Part shown: piece by piece, positions 22,471 through 33,912 of the stretch
How the letters are laid out: every line of letters starts with the position of its first letter
Position numbering within the stretch: the first letter of the stretch is position 1
Assembly (NCBI GenBank): GCA_963845145.1
Contig: CAWJQU010000002.1
Location: 192,001 to 256,000, forward strand
DNA: 64,000 bases
Reading direction: 5' to 3'
Source of the DNA: an uncultured delta proteobacterium
GTDB taxonomy: Bacteria > Desulfobacterota > Desulfobacteria > Desulfobacterales > QNYZ01
The notes under the pieces: generated by a model
The model's input: only the letters and a program-made list of their open reading frames with translations
What the model was told of the DNA's origin: nothing
The model's database searches: none
Position numbers and translations under genes: made by a program

Positions 22471-22884
22471 TTATGTCTTAGATAACCGCATGTAATTGAC
22501 TTGAGCAACCGCGACTTGCGTTCCCTCACTATCATATAAATCAACGGCGACAGGACACATCGTACGCCCCAACTTGATTACCCGGGCTTTGGCGGTTGCA
22601 TCCGTCAGGCAGGGGGCCAGAAAACGAATATTCATATCGGTCGTCGTAATTGGTTCATTTTCACCTGTCATGGTCAGAATAACGAAAGCGGCCACCGAAT
22701 CCGCCAGGGTCATCAGTATCCCGCCGTGCAATGATTCATAAATCCCATCATAATTACGCCGTCTGGGGATGGTCACCTCGGCATATCCTTCTTCCATTCG
22801 ATCCAGTCGCATTTCCAATGTATCGAAAATCGGAATCCGACGAATTCGGGCCATTATTTCCTTTTTGTTTTTGGCAGATAGCAT
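22471..22884 (-). CDS. PaaI-family hotdog thioesterase
   Basis: 'LHGGILMTLADS', 'TTDMNIRFL.P', 'A.VIK.GRT'. Confidence 0.88.
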   Translation of the reverse strand: MLSAKNKKEIMARIRRIPIFDTLEMRLDRMEEGYAEVTIPRRRNYDGIYESLHGGILMTLADSVAAFVILTMTGENEPITTTDMNIRFLAPCLTDATAKARVIKLGRTMCPVAVDLYDSEGTQVAVAQVNYMRLSKT

Positions 22885-23380
22885 GATTGCTCAATCGCTC
22901 CGTGTTATATTTTTTATCTTGACCTAACATTTTAAAAATTGTTGCTAAAAATATGCCTTGGTAAGTCGTTTGTCCATTTTATTCCGATCAAAATAGAACG
23001 TTTTTACTCCTTTTGGCTGCACCCCTTGCCTACCGCGAGTTTCAAACTTTCTCAACGCACCCTATGCGTCTTTTATTGATTAAAACCCGCTTTCCTCAAA
23101 TGCTTGACCCATCTTCAGATAAATTTTGCTCATATCAGGAAAATCTTTACCCAAAAAACAGGCGATATCAGCTAAAGATATCCGCCCGCGTACCGGCCCT
23201 ATTTAATGTATCGGAATATGTTTTCAACGAGCCTAAAAATATTCGGCATTTTTAAAAGGCTTTCTTTAATACATGCGTGCTTACCAGATATACTCTTGAA
23301 TTCAGTTAGTTAGACTATTCTCCTGGAAACTCACTTCATTATTTAGGCAATATTTTACCCAAAAAAACCGAAATTTAAGC

Positions 23381-23407
23381 TAAAGATCTCAGCCCACATG
23401 CCGATCT
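23381..23407 (+). promoter_or_regulatory. sigma28 (FliA)-type promoter upstream of the HExxH lipoprotein
   Basis: TAAA-N15-GCCGATCT. A degenerate copy (TAAA-N15-ACCGGCCC) lies at 23173-23199 within a ~90-bp duplicated block. Confidence 0.6.
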
Positions 23408-23635
23408 TATTCACAGATTCGGAAATTGTTTTCACTATTACGGCTGGTGTGACGACAGATCCATTTTTACGAACCGCTTCCCAATAATTTAAGCATAAAA
23501 CCAAAATTTACAAAATTAATGGAAGTCCACAAACGTCACTCGTATGGATCGATTTTATCACTTTGCCGCAATGACGACAGAAACACATCGCCCTAACCTG
23601 TATTGTTAATAGCTTTAATAAAAGGAGCTCACCAG

Positions 23636-24415
23636 ATGAAGAATGCGATTCAAATCGGAAGGAAATCATTGGAGCAAAGACTGGTCATAGTGGCCCTTTC
23701 GATGTTTCTTTTAGCACTTATCTCATGCGGTGGCGATGATGATTACGCCCTGGAAACATCATCCGCCAAACATACGGTTATGTTCGATGGTGGGAACCAT
23801 TCAAATATCACCTTATATTTAAACGGGCAAAGTAATACCATGTATGGTGCAGATGCCATCCGGGAAATTAAAAGACAACTGGATGCAAGGATTGCGGAAT
23901 GCCCTCAGGAGTTGCAGGCAGCGGCCAAGGATATTGTCTGGGTCATTGTCAATGACTTTTGTTTCCGCTGGACTTCCGAAGAAAACAGTGGCTTGGCGGC
24001 TGGCGCCTATTATCCAAGCATGAACATGATTAAGGTTTCCATATATAGCGGGTGGCGCGGCAACGAGATTCCAGCCCATAACCATGCGCCCCATACGCTC
24101 AGAACCGACGGCCAGATGGTTTCCTGGAGCGGGGGTGATTCCCGCTACCATATGAACAAATATTATTCCGGAAACGTGTATTCACCAACCGGTCAATTTC
24201 CTATGGGAAGACTGATGACAGTTGTAGAGCACGAGCTAAAGCATGTCGTCAGCGGAAATTATCATGCCGAAGGCAACACCGCTGCCAACAACGGTAAACC
24301 GTCAACGAAGGATATTGTGGACCCCGAAGATGGAGAACATACAACAAAGCATATATTCGATGAAAAAGAGGGTGCTTGGGGCTATTTCCACGCTCCTTTC
24401 GTCATAAATGAATAG
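23636..24415 (+). CDS. Lipoprotein with a HExxH zinc-metalloprotease motif
   Basis: Lipobox 'LALISC-GG', 'VVEHELKHVV', upstream 'AAGAYYP' zincin-like strand; AGGAG RBS. Confidence 0.65.
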   Translation: MKNAIQIGRKSLEQRLVIVALSMFLLALISCGGDDDYALETSSAKHTVMFDGGNHSNITLYLNGQSNTMYGADAIREIKRQLDARIAECPQELQAAAKDIVWVIVNDFCFRWTSEENSGLAAGAYYPSMNMIKVSIYSGWRGNEIPAHNHAPHTLRTDGQMVSWSGGDSRYHMNKYYSGNVYSPTGQFPMGRLMTVVEHELKHVVSGNYHAEGNTAANNGKPSTKDIVDPEDGEHTTKHIFDEKEGAWGYFHAPFVINE

Positions 24416-24604
24416 ATAAAATCTGATAGACCTTATTAAAGTAAAACCGGAATCAGCCGCATAGGCCGTGGTTTATAAGATTTCCCTTCCGAATGTTTGT
24501 TCGTTCTTAACTAAGTTGAACGATTTTTTGCGATTAAAAAAACGCTCAATTTAGTCTTTATCCCCCCATGCCAATTTTTAAATAAAAAAAAGCGATTTTA
24601 CGGC

Positions 24605-24631
24605 TAAAGTTTTTATCCCCAATGCCGATAC
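24605..24631 (+). promoter_or_regulatory. sigma28 (FliA)-type promoter upstream of the first C25 gene
   Basis: TAAA-gtttttatccccaat(15)-GCCGATAC, about 85 bp before ATG 24716. Confidence 0.7.
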
Positions 24632-24715
24632 AATAATTGGAGTTTAACCGTTATATCCGTGTAACAGATAGAATAATTTACTCTATAGTTATATTTTTTC
24701 AAGAGGTTAGCAAAT

Positions 24716-27488
24716 ATGGACCTATTCAAAAAGGTAATCGCGGCTCAAAATGGGGAGTGCTATTCTCTTTTTAATGGCAGAGGTTTTTGGCTCATACTAG
24801 GGTTCAATTTGCTCTACATATTGATCACGCTTCACTGGCCACATGATGCCAATGCCATTACAAAGATGTCATTTCAAGTCGATACTTCCGTCCGCGTGGC
24901 CCCACGGAATATTTCCGATCAGGCCACCCTCCCTGACGATAAGGCTCCCTCCCTCTATGATCAGACGCCCCCGCCCTATACGGTGATCCGTTCTTTATAT
25001 GCCTATGTGGACAACGGCCGGGTCATTGTTGAGTGGGAAACGGTCTCGGAAGATAACATTATCGGTTTTAACCTTACGCGGTTGGATCCAAAAAGGGGTA
25101 AGTACCGACGGCTCAATAGAAGGCTGTTGCCGGGCCTGTTGGTATCTCCTGAAGGGGGGATCTACAGATATGAAGACAAAACCGCTCAACCTGGGAACAC
25201 CTATACCTATAAACTGATCGCGAGCGACGCCAAAGGCGGACGGCAAGCGTATGGACCTTTTACAATCGTCGTGGACGATCCGGGTTTTGAGCCTCGTTTG
25301 GCACAAGATGAGGCCTACCATTCGATCGATGTGGACGGTGATATTCTTAGACCGAAAGGTCAAAAAGCGACGCCAAAGAATCATACGAAAGCAATACCGT
25401 AAACGCAAATCCGTTCAAAGAAAAGGCAAGACCGGGGTCTATATTTCACTGAAAGACAAGGGAATATACCAGGTTTCGGCAGAGGATATCGGCCAGGCCA
25501 TGGGACTTTCGGGAGACAATATCAGACGGTTGATAAAAAGAAAAAAACTGGCACTTACCTACCAGGGCCAGCCCGTTGCCTGGCAACCGCTCGCACGCGG
25601 CAAAGCCCTTATCTTTTACGGCGAGAATTTTGATAGCACTTATACAGATGTAAATGTTTACCGTTTGGATCTTGGAAGGAGCAAAACCATAACGTCAATT
25701 AAGGGCGAAGGACCGGATGCGCTCTCCATACCAGGTGGATTCTCTACCGTTGTCCACGCTGAGAAGGACCAGTGGGCCCTAACGGGTATCTTCGACGACC
25801 CCAATGAAGACTACTGGGCTTGGGATTATCTCATGTCCACTAATGAGAGTTTGGCCCAAAAGGACTTTATTGTCTCAAGCCCCGGCCGGGTCGCCAATAC
25901 CCCGGCCATTTTGACAATCCACTTTAAAGGCGGTTCGACGGTAACTCATGGGGTAACAATCGCCGTAAATGGCACACCTGTCGGAAAAACGACATTCCAG
26001 GGAACGATCTCCCATAGTCAAACCTGTACAATACCTGCCGATGTGTTCACAACCGGCGAAAACACTGTGACCTTAACAGCCGGGAAGCCATCTATCGGCA
26101 GCAGTATCGTCTATGTCGATAGCTTTGATCTTTCATATGAAAAAGCCTTCACCGCCATAAAGGATCAATTGTTCTTTCGTGCTGAAGATCATCCTGTTGT
26201 TACGGTTGACGGCTTCGGCAATGGCAATATTAAAATCTATGATGTTACCGATCCGGCAAACATCATTCGCATCAATGCGATTACCATTGACGAGACGCAA
26301 GACGGCACATATCGAGTCAGCCTGCGGGCCGACAACGCCAAAAAACGCTACTTGGCAGTGGCTGATAATGCCGTTATCGCTTTAAGTGGAAAGAATATGG
26401 CCGGTTATCTGGCCCCACACCTGCTTAATACCGATCATTCAGTGGAATATTTGGTAATCGCACCGGAAGAACTTAAAGACGAAGCCCAACGCCTGGCCGA
26501 CTATCGTCAAAACCAGGGACTATCCACGATGGTCATACTGTTGCAGGACATCTACGATGAATTCAATTACGGCATCGCCAACCCCGAAGCTGTTCGGGAT
26601 TTTCTGGAATATGCCTGGTACAACTGGCGCAAGGCGCCTCGCTATATCGTACGTGTGGGCGACGGCAGTCATGACTACAAGGACATCCAAGGCACCGGCG
26701 ATACTCTGATGCCGCCTTTAATGGTAAACACGCCTTGGGGATTGTCCGCATCGGAGAACCGATTGGCCGATGTAGACGGATCTGAAGATGGGGTTCCGGA
26801 GATGATGATCGGGTTATTGCCCGCCGAAAACAGTGAGATGCTCTCCGCCATGATAGACAAAATCATCGCCTATGAAACATCAAGCGGAGATTGGAAAAAC
26901 AAAGTGTTGATGGTGGCCGATAATCCGGACGGCAGCGGAAACTTTCCAGTAGATAGCGATGCGGTAGCAGCGCTGGTCTCTAACGATTACACGAAAGAAT
27001 CGATACATCTTGGAGATCTCGATCTTGCCACCGCCAGGAAGACGCTGTCCTCGGGGTTCGAAGCAGGTGCTTTTTTAATGAATTATATCGGTCATGCCGG
27101 TATGGACCGGCTAGCCACTGAGGGTCTATGGACGTTGTCCAACGTAGACGCCATGACCAACTATAACCGGTTACCGATCATCGTCGGGATGACCTGCGTG
27201 GCCGGCCGTTTCGAGATACCGGGATACGACGCCATCGGAGAAGCCATGGTAGTCAAACCCGACGGTGGCGCTGTGGCCGCCTGGGTGCCGACCGGCATGT
27301 CTTTAAATTATCTGGCAAGGATACTCGATGAAGAATTCTTCAAAGCCGTATTCACCGACAAACAGACCGTATTGGGCGATGCTATTCTTACCGCCATGCG
27401 TGCTTTCAAGGCCAGATACCCGATTGGTCATTCTTTTATGCTCGATATTTATACCCTGATCGGCGACCCGGCGTTGGTGATTAAGTAA
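24716..27488 (+). CDS. C25 (gingipain/PorU-like) cysteine peptidase 1 with minimal N-terminal cargo; frameshift near 25350
   Basis: Hydrophobic N-terminus, Ig-like 'V.VEWET.SE....GF.L.R' domain, then 'YLVIAP', 'DIYDEFNYG', 'VGDG..DYK', catalytic 'YIGHAG' and 'GMTCVAG', ending 'TLIGDPAL'. Confidence 0.85.
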
Positions 27489-27843
27489 ACAAAAATGATT
27501 GCAAGGTGATCTTATAAAGTATATAGACAAAAATTTTTTTGAAAAACAGAAAGTACCCTCAATATGACAATCGCCCTTGATGAAAACCCGACTCACCCAC
27601 CATTTATATGATTGAAGGTCAAGAGAATGAATCATCCACGGTGTTTCGTCGATTCCGGATATCATTTTTTTAAAAACGGATAGATAAATGAAAAAACCCT
27701 TAAAAAGAATAATCACTTCGCTTTCAATCAGAAGATGAAAATTTCCTTTTTGGTATATCGAAAAAATCCGTAATCCATAAACCGCAAAGGCCATGAACTG
27801 CCGGCACCGTCACGGTTCAGTTCAATGATGGGATAAGAAAAGC

Positions 27844-30800
27844 ATGAAAGTGAAACGAATTTTTGAATTATCTGTAGATGAGAAAACGACTATGACCAAG
27901 CGGCTCTATTTATCTTTTTATATGGGGCTCATTATGCAAAGCATAGCAAAACTTTTTCAGGTGATCAGGCCGGCCGGTTATCGGCGTGTTGTTACCTTAC
28001 TGCTGTTTTTTATAGTCTTAACATTTCCAGCAGTATTGCAGGCACAATCACAAGACATTACCCCTGTTGTAGGCGTTAATGTAATAACCAATGGTTCTTA
28101 TTATCCAGATTATGATCCGGCACTAAATAGCACTTATGTAAATAATTGGTCTGCTTCCCAATACAACTTTAACGCATTGGGTTGGTGTTACTTTTAGCAA
28201 TCCTTCTGCAATAAACACCATTTCTATACAAGGTAGGCATAACACTATAAACGGCTCGCAATATGTAACTTCATTTAGAGTTGACGGAACTAAAGATGGT
28301 ACTACCTGGACAAGTTTGGGAACTTATACAGGGAACACAAACACTACAACTATTGTTACTTCAAATATATCAAATGCTGATACAGATTGGACAGGGGTTA
28401 GAATATTTCCTCTAATCTATGAACGTTGGCCTTCTCTTAGATTTGGTGTAAATATTACAGAGAGTGACCCTTGTGATGCGGCAACATCAGGCAACCTGGA
28501 TACTGATTTAGACAATGTAAGTGACATCTGTGACCTGGATGATGACAACGATGGTATTTTAGATACCGTTGAAGGATGTGTTGGTTGGTCCGAAGTTGAT
28601 TTTTTAAACGGAGGCACCACTACCAATGGTGTAACAGTAACTCCTACAGGCTTTAATGGTATTGAAACGTACAATTTTACACTGCAAGCGTTTGATAATA
28701 ATTCATATACAACTGAAGTAGGATTACCATTGCAAGGTCATCGCTTTGTCTACTATATTGGAACTGCTGGCATACAACGTGAAGATATTACCTGGAATTT
28801 CACAGGAAATGCTGTCACAGAAGTATTATTACATATAAATAGTTTAGATCAAACCGAATTTCAGTTTGACAGGTCATTACCTCAAAATGCAAATATAGAG
28901 GTAACATTGGAGTCAGGAAATGATTATCAAATAGTTGATGATGGAACAGTTTTTAGAGTGTTCGATTCTCAAAATAACCCTATTTCATTTGTAGATGATT
29001 CCTATGCAGATGAATTTCTAGATGGCGCTAATGGCCTTTCAGCCGATTTTACAATACGCTTTACTTTAACGGGAGGAGCAACTGAAATAACGTCATTTGT
29101 CACCTCTTTTGTTGAGATGGCCCAAACTACTATTGGTGGTGGTGGTTGGGAGGGGGGTAGTTTCGCTATGGAAATTTCAGGATCCCCAGATACAGATGGT
29201 GATGGTATTTTTGATTGCCAAGACACCGACAGCGACAATGATGGTTGTCCGGATGCAACAGAAGGTGCCGATAATTTAACCACTACAGCAACACTAACAG
29301 GCGGTAGCAATGGCGGTAGCTCTGAAACACCTAGGTACTACCGTTGATACAGATGGTGTCCCAACCAATGCAGGTAGCCCACAGGCAACCACATCGGCAG
29401 TAACAGATCCAAATGGCACTAGTGCATGTGTAGATCAATGTGATGCAAATGCATCAGGTAACACAGACACCGATGGCGACAATGTATCGGATATTTGTGA
29501 CCTGGACGACGACAACGATGGCATATTAGATGTGGACGAAAGTAGCTGCAATACCAGTAGTGCAATTTCACAATATTCGGCATTTGCTCTGGGGGTTAAT
29601 GGAGAACTCTATGGATGGACTGACCTTCCTGGAGATCCTGTAGTACTTGATGCAGCCTTATTAGGTTCAGGTGTTGAGGTAAATCATCTTGCAACTGATT
29701 TTGAAAGAGATCGGGTTATATTTGCCAACAACGGATTCGTTGGGGGCATATATGCCTATTATTTTTCAGGACCATTTGCGAACACGGTACAATTAATTAG
29801 TACTGCTAATTTTCTATCAAGTTTAGACCAATCATCAGCAGGTGCTACATTTTATAATGGCAAATACTATTTATTTGATGATGAGAAAAATAACTTTTTT
29901 GAGGAGGAGAGAGGGTTGTGGGAAATTACATTTGATGATAGTGGAAATGCATCTACTTTAACTAAAATCAGTAACTTTTCCATAGGTCTCGGTGATATTG
30001 CTGCGGATGCCGATGGTACTATATATCTTTATAGTGGTTCTGATGATCTTTATAGTTTTGATTTAAATAACACGGGAGCGGGATGGACTTTAATCAATTC
30101 GAATGTGCCAGGCAATCAGTTGTTCATTGATAATGACGGCAGGCTTTTAACTCAAAATACAGTTACAAATGATTTTACCATATTAGACCGAGCTACAGGG
30201 AATGCAATAGGTACTGTGGCATCTACAAATCCTGAATATTTTAATGATTTATCCGAAGGCGGTCTTGCACAGTGTGCAGAAATCGATACCGATGGCGATG
30301 GCATACCAGATTATTTAGATTTGGACAGCGACAACGACGGGATCAGCGATTTAATCGAAAGTGGTGCAGCGCCTTTCCTTGATAATGATGGTAATGACAT
30401 TTTTAACGGTGTCATTGATGGTAGTGATTTTATCGATGCCAATAGTGACGGATTAGCCGATGCCATAAACGGTACCACGCCGATTGACAGCGATAACGAC
30501 GGCACGCCCGATTTTCTCGATCTGGACAGCGACGGCGATGGTATTCCCGATGCGGTGGAGGCCCAGCTGACGAACGGCTATTTCAACACCTACGGCAATG
30601 ATGGTGATGTCACCGATAACGACGTCGATGGCGATGGTATCATCGATATCTATGACAGCAACGACAGCGACAACCCCACTTTCGGCGGCAGCTTCAACAG
30701 CCCCGTGGACACCGATGGTGACGGTACCCCCGATTACCTGGATCTCAATAGCGACAACGATTCACTATCGGACGCTGAAGAAGGTGGAAGCGCAGTTAAC

Positions 30801-33440
30801 GGTACAAGCATCATCTATGCCGATCCCAACGGTACTGTCGATAACCCGCTCGTCAACCTGCTGAATGAAACCGGGAATGCAGAAGAGGCTGATTATCGCG
30901 AAAACCCGACGTTGGCGGTCATCGGTTCCTTCGGCGCTTACAGCGAAGGTGGTCGGGTCATGGTGGAGTGGCAGACGGCCTCCGAAAACGGCACCATCGG
31001 TTTTCATTTAGAGCGGTTAAATGAAAAGAGAGATAAGTACCACCGCGTCAACCGGAAGTTGTTGCCGGGTTTGTTGGTCTCTCCCCAGGGCGGCGCCTAT
31101 CGTTATCCGGATAAAAAGGCCCAGCCCGGCGGCACCTATACTTACCAATTGGTGGAAAAAGAAGTGATGGCGGCCGGCATGTTTACGGGCCCTATTACGG
31201 TCACCATAGATGATCCGGAATTTAAAAGCCAATATGCTATTGGTGAAAGTAGCGACGCCATCAATGTTGACGGCGCTTCACTCGAACGCAAGGCAAAAAA
31301 ACGAAAAAAGCGATTGAAAAAGGCCCCGCGTAAAATGAAGAAAGACCGACGCGCCGCCCATAAAAGCGGCCGACTCGGTATGAATATTTCCCTTGAGGCC
31401 AATGGCATTTATTTTATTTCCGTCGATGATATCGCCCATTCCCTTGATATACCTGTCCTTAAAGCTAAAAGGTGGATCAGATCAAGACGATTCGCCCTCA
31501 CCCATCAAAGCCTACCTGTATCCTGGCAATCGGCCCCTAATGGCGACGGCCTTTATTTCTACGGGGAAACTATCGATAGTCATTATACCGACGATAACGT
31601 CTACCAACTCACTCGGGGTAAAGGGTAAAAATGATCAGCTCGCTAAAGGGCGAAGGGCCGGAGACGCATGCCTATGCTTGATGGATTTATGGCCAAAACC
31701 CATGCCGAGCTCGACCAATGGGCCCTGACCGCGTTGTTTGATGATCCCAACGAGGATTATTGGGGATGGGATTATCTGATCGCCGGTTATGCAGAACTTG
31801 AGCAAAAGCGTTTTAGCATTGAGGCCCCCGGCCTGGTTGGGGGTACGACGAGTTATCTGACGGTCCATTTAAAGGGAGGCCAGAATACGGATCATAAGAT
31901 TTTGGTTAACGTTAATGAGACAGCCGTCGGCGAAGTTCAATTCAGCGGGACCATTTCTCAAAGCGCTTCTTTGGATATCCCGGCCGGGATCCTGATGGAA
32001 GGTGAAAACACGGTTACCTTGACCGCCCTGGAACCGCCAGTGGAGACAGAGACCAGTATCATTTACGTCGACAGTTTCGATCTGTCATACGAAAAAGCCT
32101 TTACAGCCATAGAAGACCAATTGCACTTTAAGGCCGAAGGTCGGGATGTGATAACCGTTGATGGTTTCAATAACGAAAATATTCAGGTCTTTGATGTGAC
32201 CGATCCTTTGAAAATCATCCAAACCCAGGCGATCACTATTGAAGAGGCCGAAGACGGCACCTATCGCGTAAGCCTATGGGCCGACAATCCCGACGGCCGC
32301 TTTCTGGCCTTGGCCGATCCGGCGATTAAGGTTCTGGGCGCAGACGCTTTGACGTCCTTTAACACACAATATTTAAAGCAGACCAGCCATTCGGCGGATT
32401 ATCTGGTCATCGCACCGGAAGAATTAATCGATGAAGCACGGCGCCTGGCCGACTATCGTCAAGGCCGGGGCTATGACACGATGGTGGTGTTATTGCAGGA
32501 TATCTACGATGCGTTCAACTACGGTATTGCCAATCCCGAAGCGGTACGGGATTTTCTGGAATATGCCTGGCACAATTGGCGCGGGGCGCCTCGCTATGTG
32601 GTTCGCATCGGCGATGGTAGCCACGATTATAAAGATATCCGAGGTACCGGCGACACCCTGATGCCGCCTTTGATGGTAAACACCCCATGGGGTTTGTCCG
32701 CCTCTGAGAACCTTCTGGCCGATGTAGACGGATCCGATGATGGGGTTCCTGAGATGATGATCGGCTTGTTACCGGCTGAAAATAGTGAAGCCCTGAATGC
32801 CATGATAAACAAGATCATCGCTTACGAAGCATCTGTCGGGGATTGGAAAACCAACGTCCTGATGGTGGCGGACAATCCGGACGGTGGTGGCAATTTCCCG
32901 TCGGAGAGCGATGCCGTAGCCGCTTTAGTACCTGACGAGTTTAAAACTGAATCTATATACTTAGGCGACCTGGGTATGTCCAAAGCCAAACAAGCCCTTA
33001 CGGCGGGTCTTGAAGACGGGGCTTTTTTGATGAACTATTTCGGTCATGCAGGCATGGACCGGCTGACTGGTGAAGGACTTTGGACTTTATCCGATGTAGC
33101 CAAAATGACCAATCAGGATCGACTGCCGATTCTTTTGGGCATGACCTGTGTCGCCGGTCGTTTCGAAATACCGGGCTATGACGCCATAGGGGAGGCCATG
33201 GTGGTCAAACCCGGCGGCGGTGTTGTGGCCGCATGGGTGCCCACGGGCCTGTCGTTAAATTCTCTGGCACGAATACTGGATGAAGAATTTTTTAAAGCGG
33301 TATTTATCGATCATCAGATGGTATTAGGTGATGCCATCCTTACCGCCATGAATGCTTTTAAAGCCAAACATACAATCGGCCGATCATTTATGCTCGATAT
33401 TTATACCCTTATCGGAGATCCGGCCTTAAAACTGCGATAA
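27844..33440 (+). CDS. C25 peptidase 2 with large cargo (discoidin/F5-8C-like domain, DxDxDG Ca-binding repeats, possible beta-propeller); frameshifts near 28190-28300, 29330 and 31630
   Basis: Segments 27844..28197, 28316..29347, 29310..31628 and 31668..33440 join into signal peptide - cargo - 'PTLAVI.SF' Ig-like domain - basic linker - C25 (YFGHAG, GMTCVAG, LIGDPAL). Confidence 0.8.
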
Positions 33441-33460
33441 CGATTATCCAATATTTACAT

Positions 33461-33493
33461 AAAAGCCCGGGAGATATTCTTTCGGGCTTTTTC
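33461..33493 (+). terminator. Rho-independent terminator-like hairpin after C25-2
   Basis: aaaagcccg...cgggcttttt, 20 bp after the stop codon. Confidence 0.6.
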
Positions 33494-33739
33494 TACCGCC
33501 CTTTCTATTAACCCCGATATATTTTACCGGCCCTTACCATTTAAATAGACCCTTCTGTTTTAATATCGTTAATATCGATTTGTTACAGATTTAATCTCTC
33601 GTCCATAAATTTATTAATCATTCTAAGTAAAAAATGTAATATCAATAGAGAAATTTTTTCCCCACCTTTTTCAACCCTTCAATTTCAATTTTTATTAACC
33701 CACTATATTTACTATTATATATCACCTATTCTTACAATT

Positions 33740-33755
33740 TGGCCTATATTTTGCA
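33740..33755 (+). promoter_or_regulatory. sigma54 (-24/-12) promoter upstream of the third C25 gene
   Basis: TGGCCTATATTTTGCA (GG-N10-GC), preceded by a long AT-rich region. Confidence 0.6.
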
Positions 33756-33912
33756 TATAGCATCCATGGCGAAAATTATCACATATTGCCGAAAATTTTT
33801 TCCGCAATAGAAACCAGACAAGAGTATTGAATGTGGTTTTCAATTCACTTATAAAAATAAAAAGTCTCATAGAGAAAACCGATTTTAATCAAAACTTTAC
33901 GCGCGCTAACCA

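Noticed and set aside
23013..23255. 80-aa ORF
   Set aside because: TTG start, no clear RBS or motif, and it overlaps the duplicated promoter-like block.
27490..27840. Riboswitch or ncRNA between C25-1 and C25-2
   Set aside because: No recognisable c-di-GMP or other riboswitch consensus by eye; an Rfam scan would be needed.
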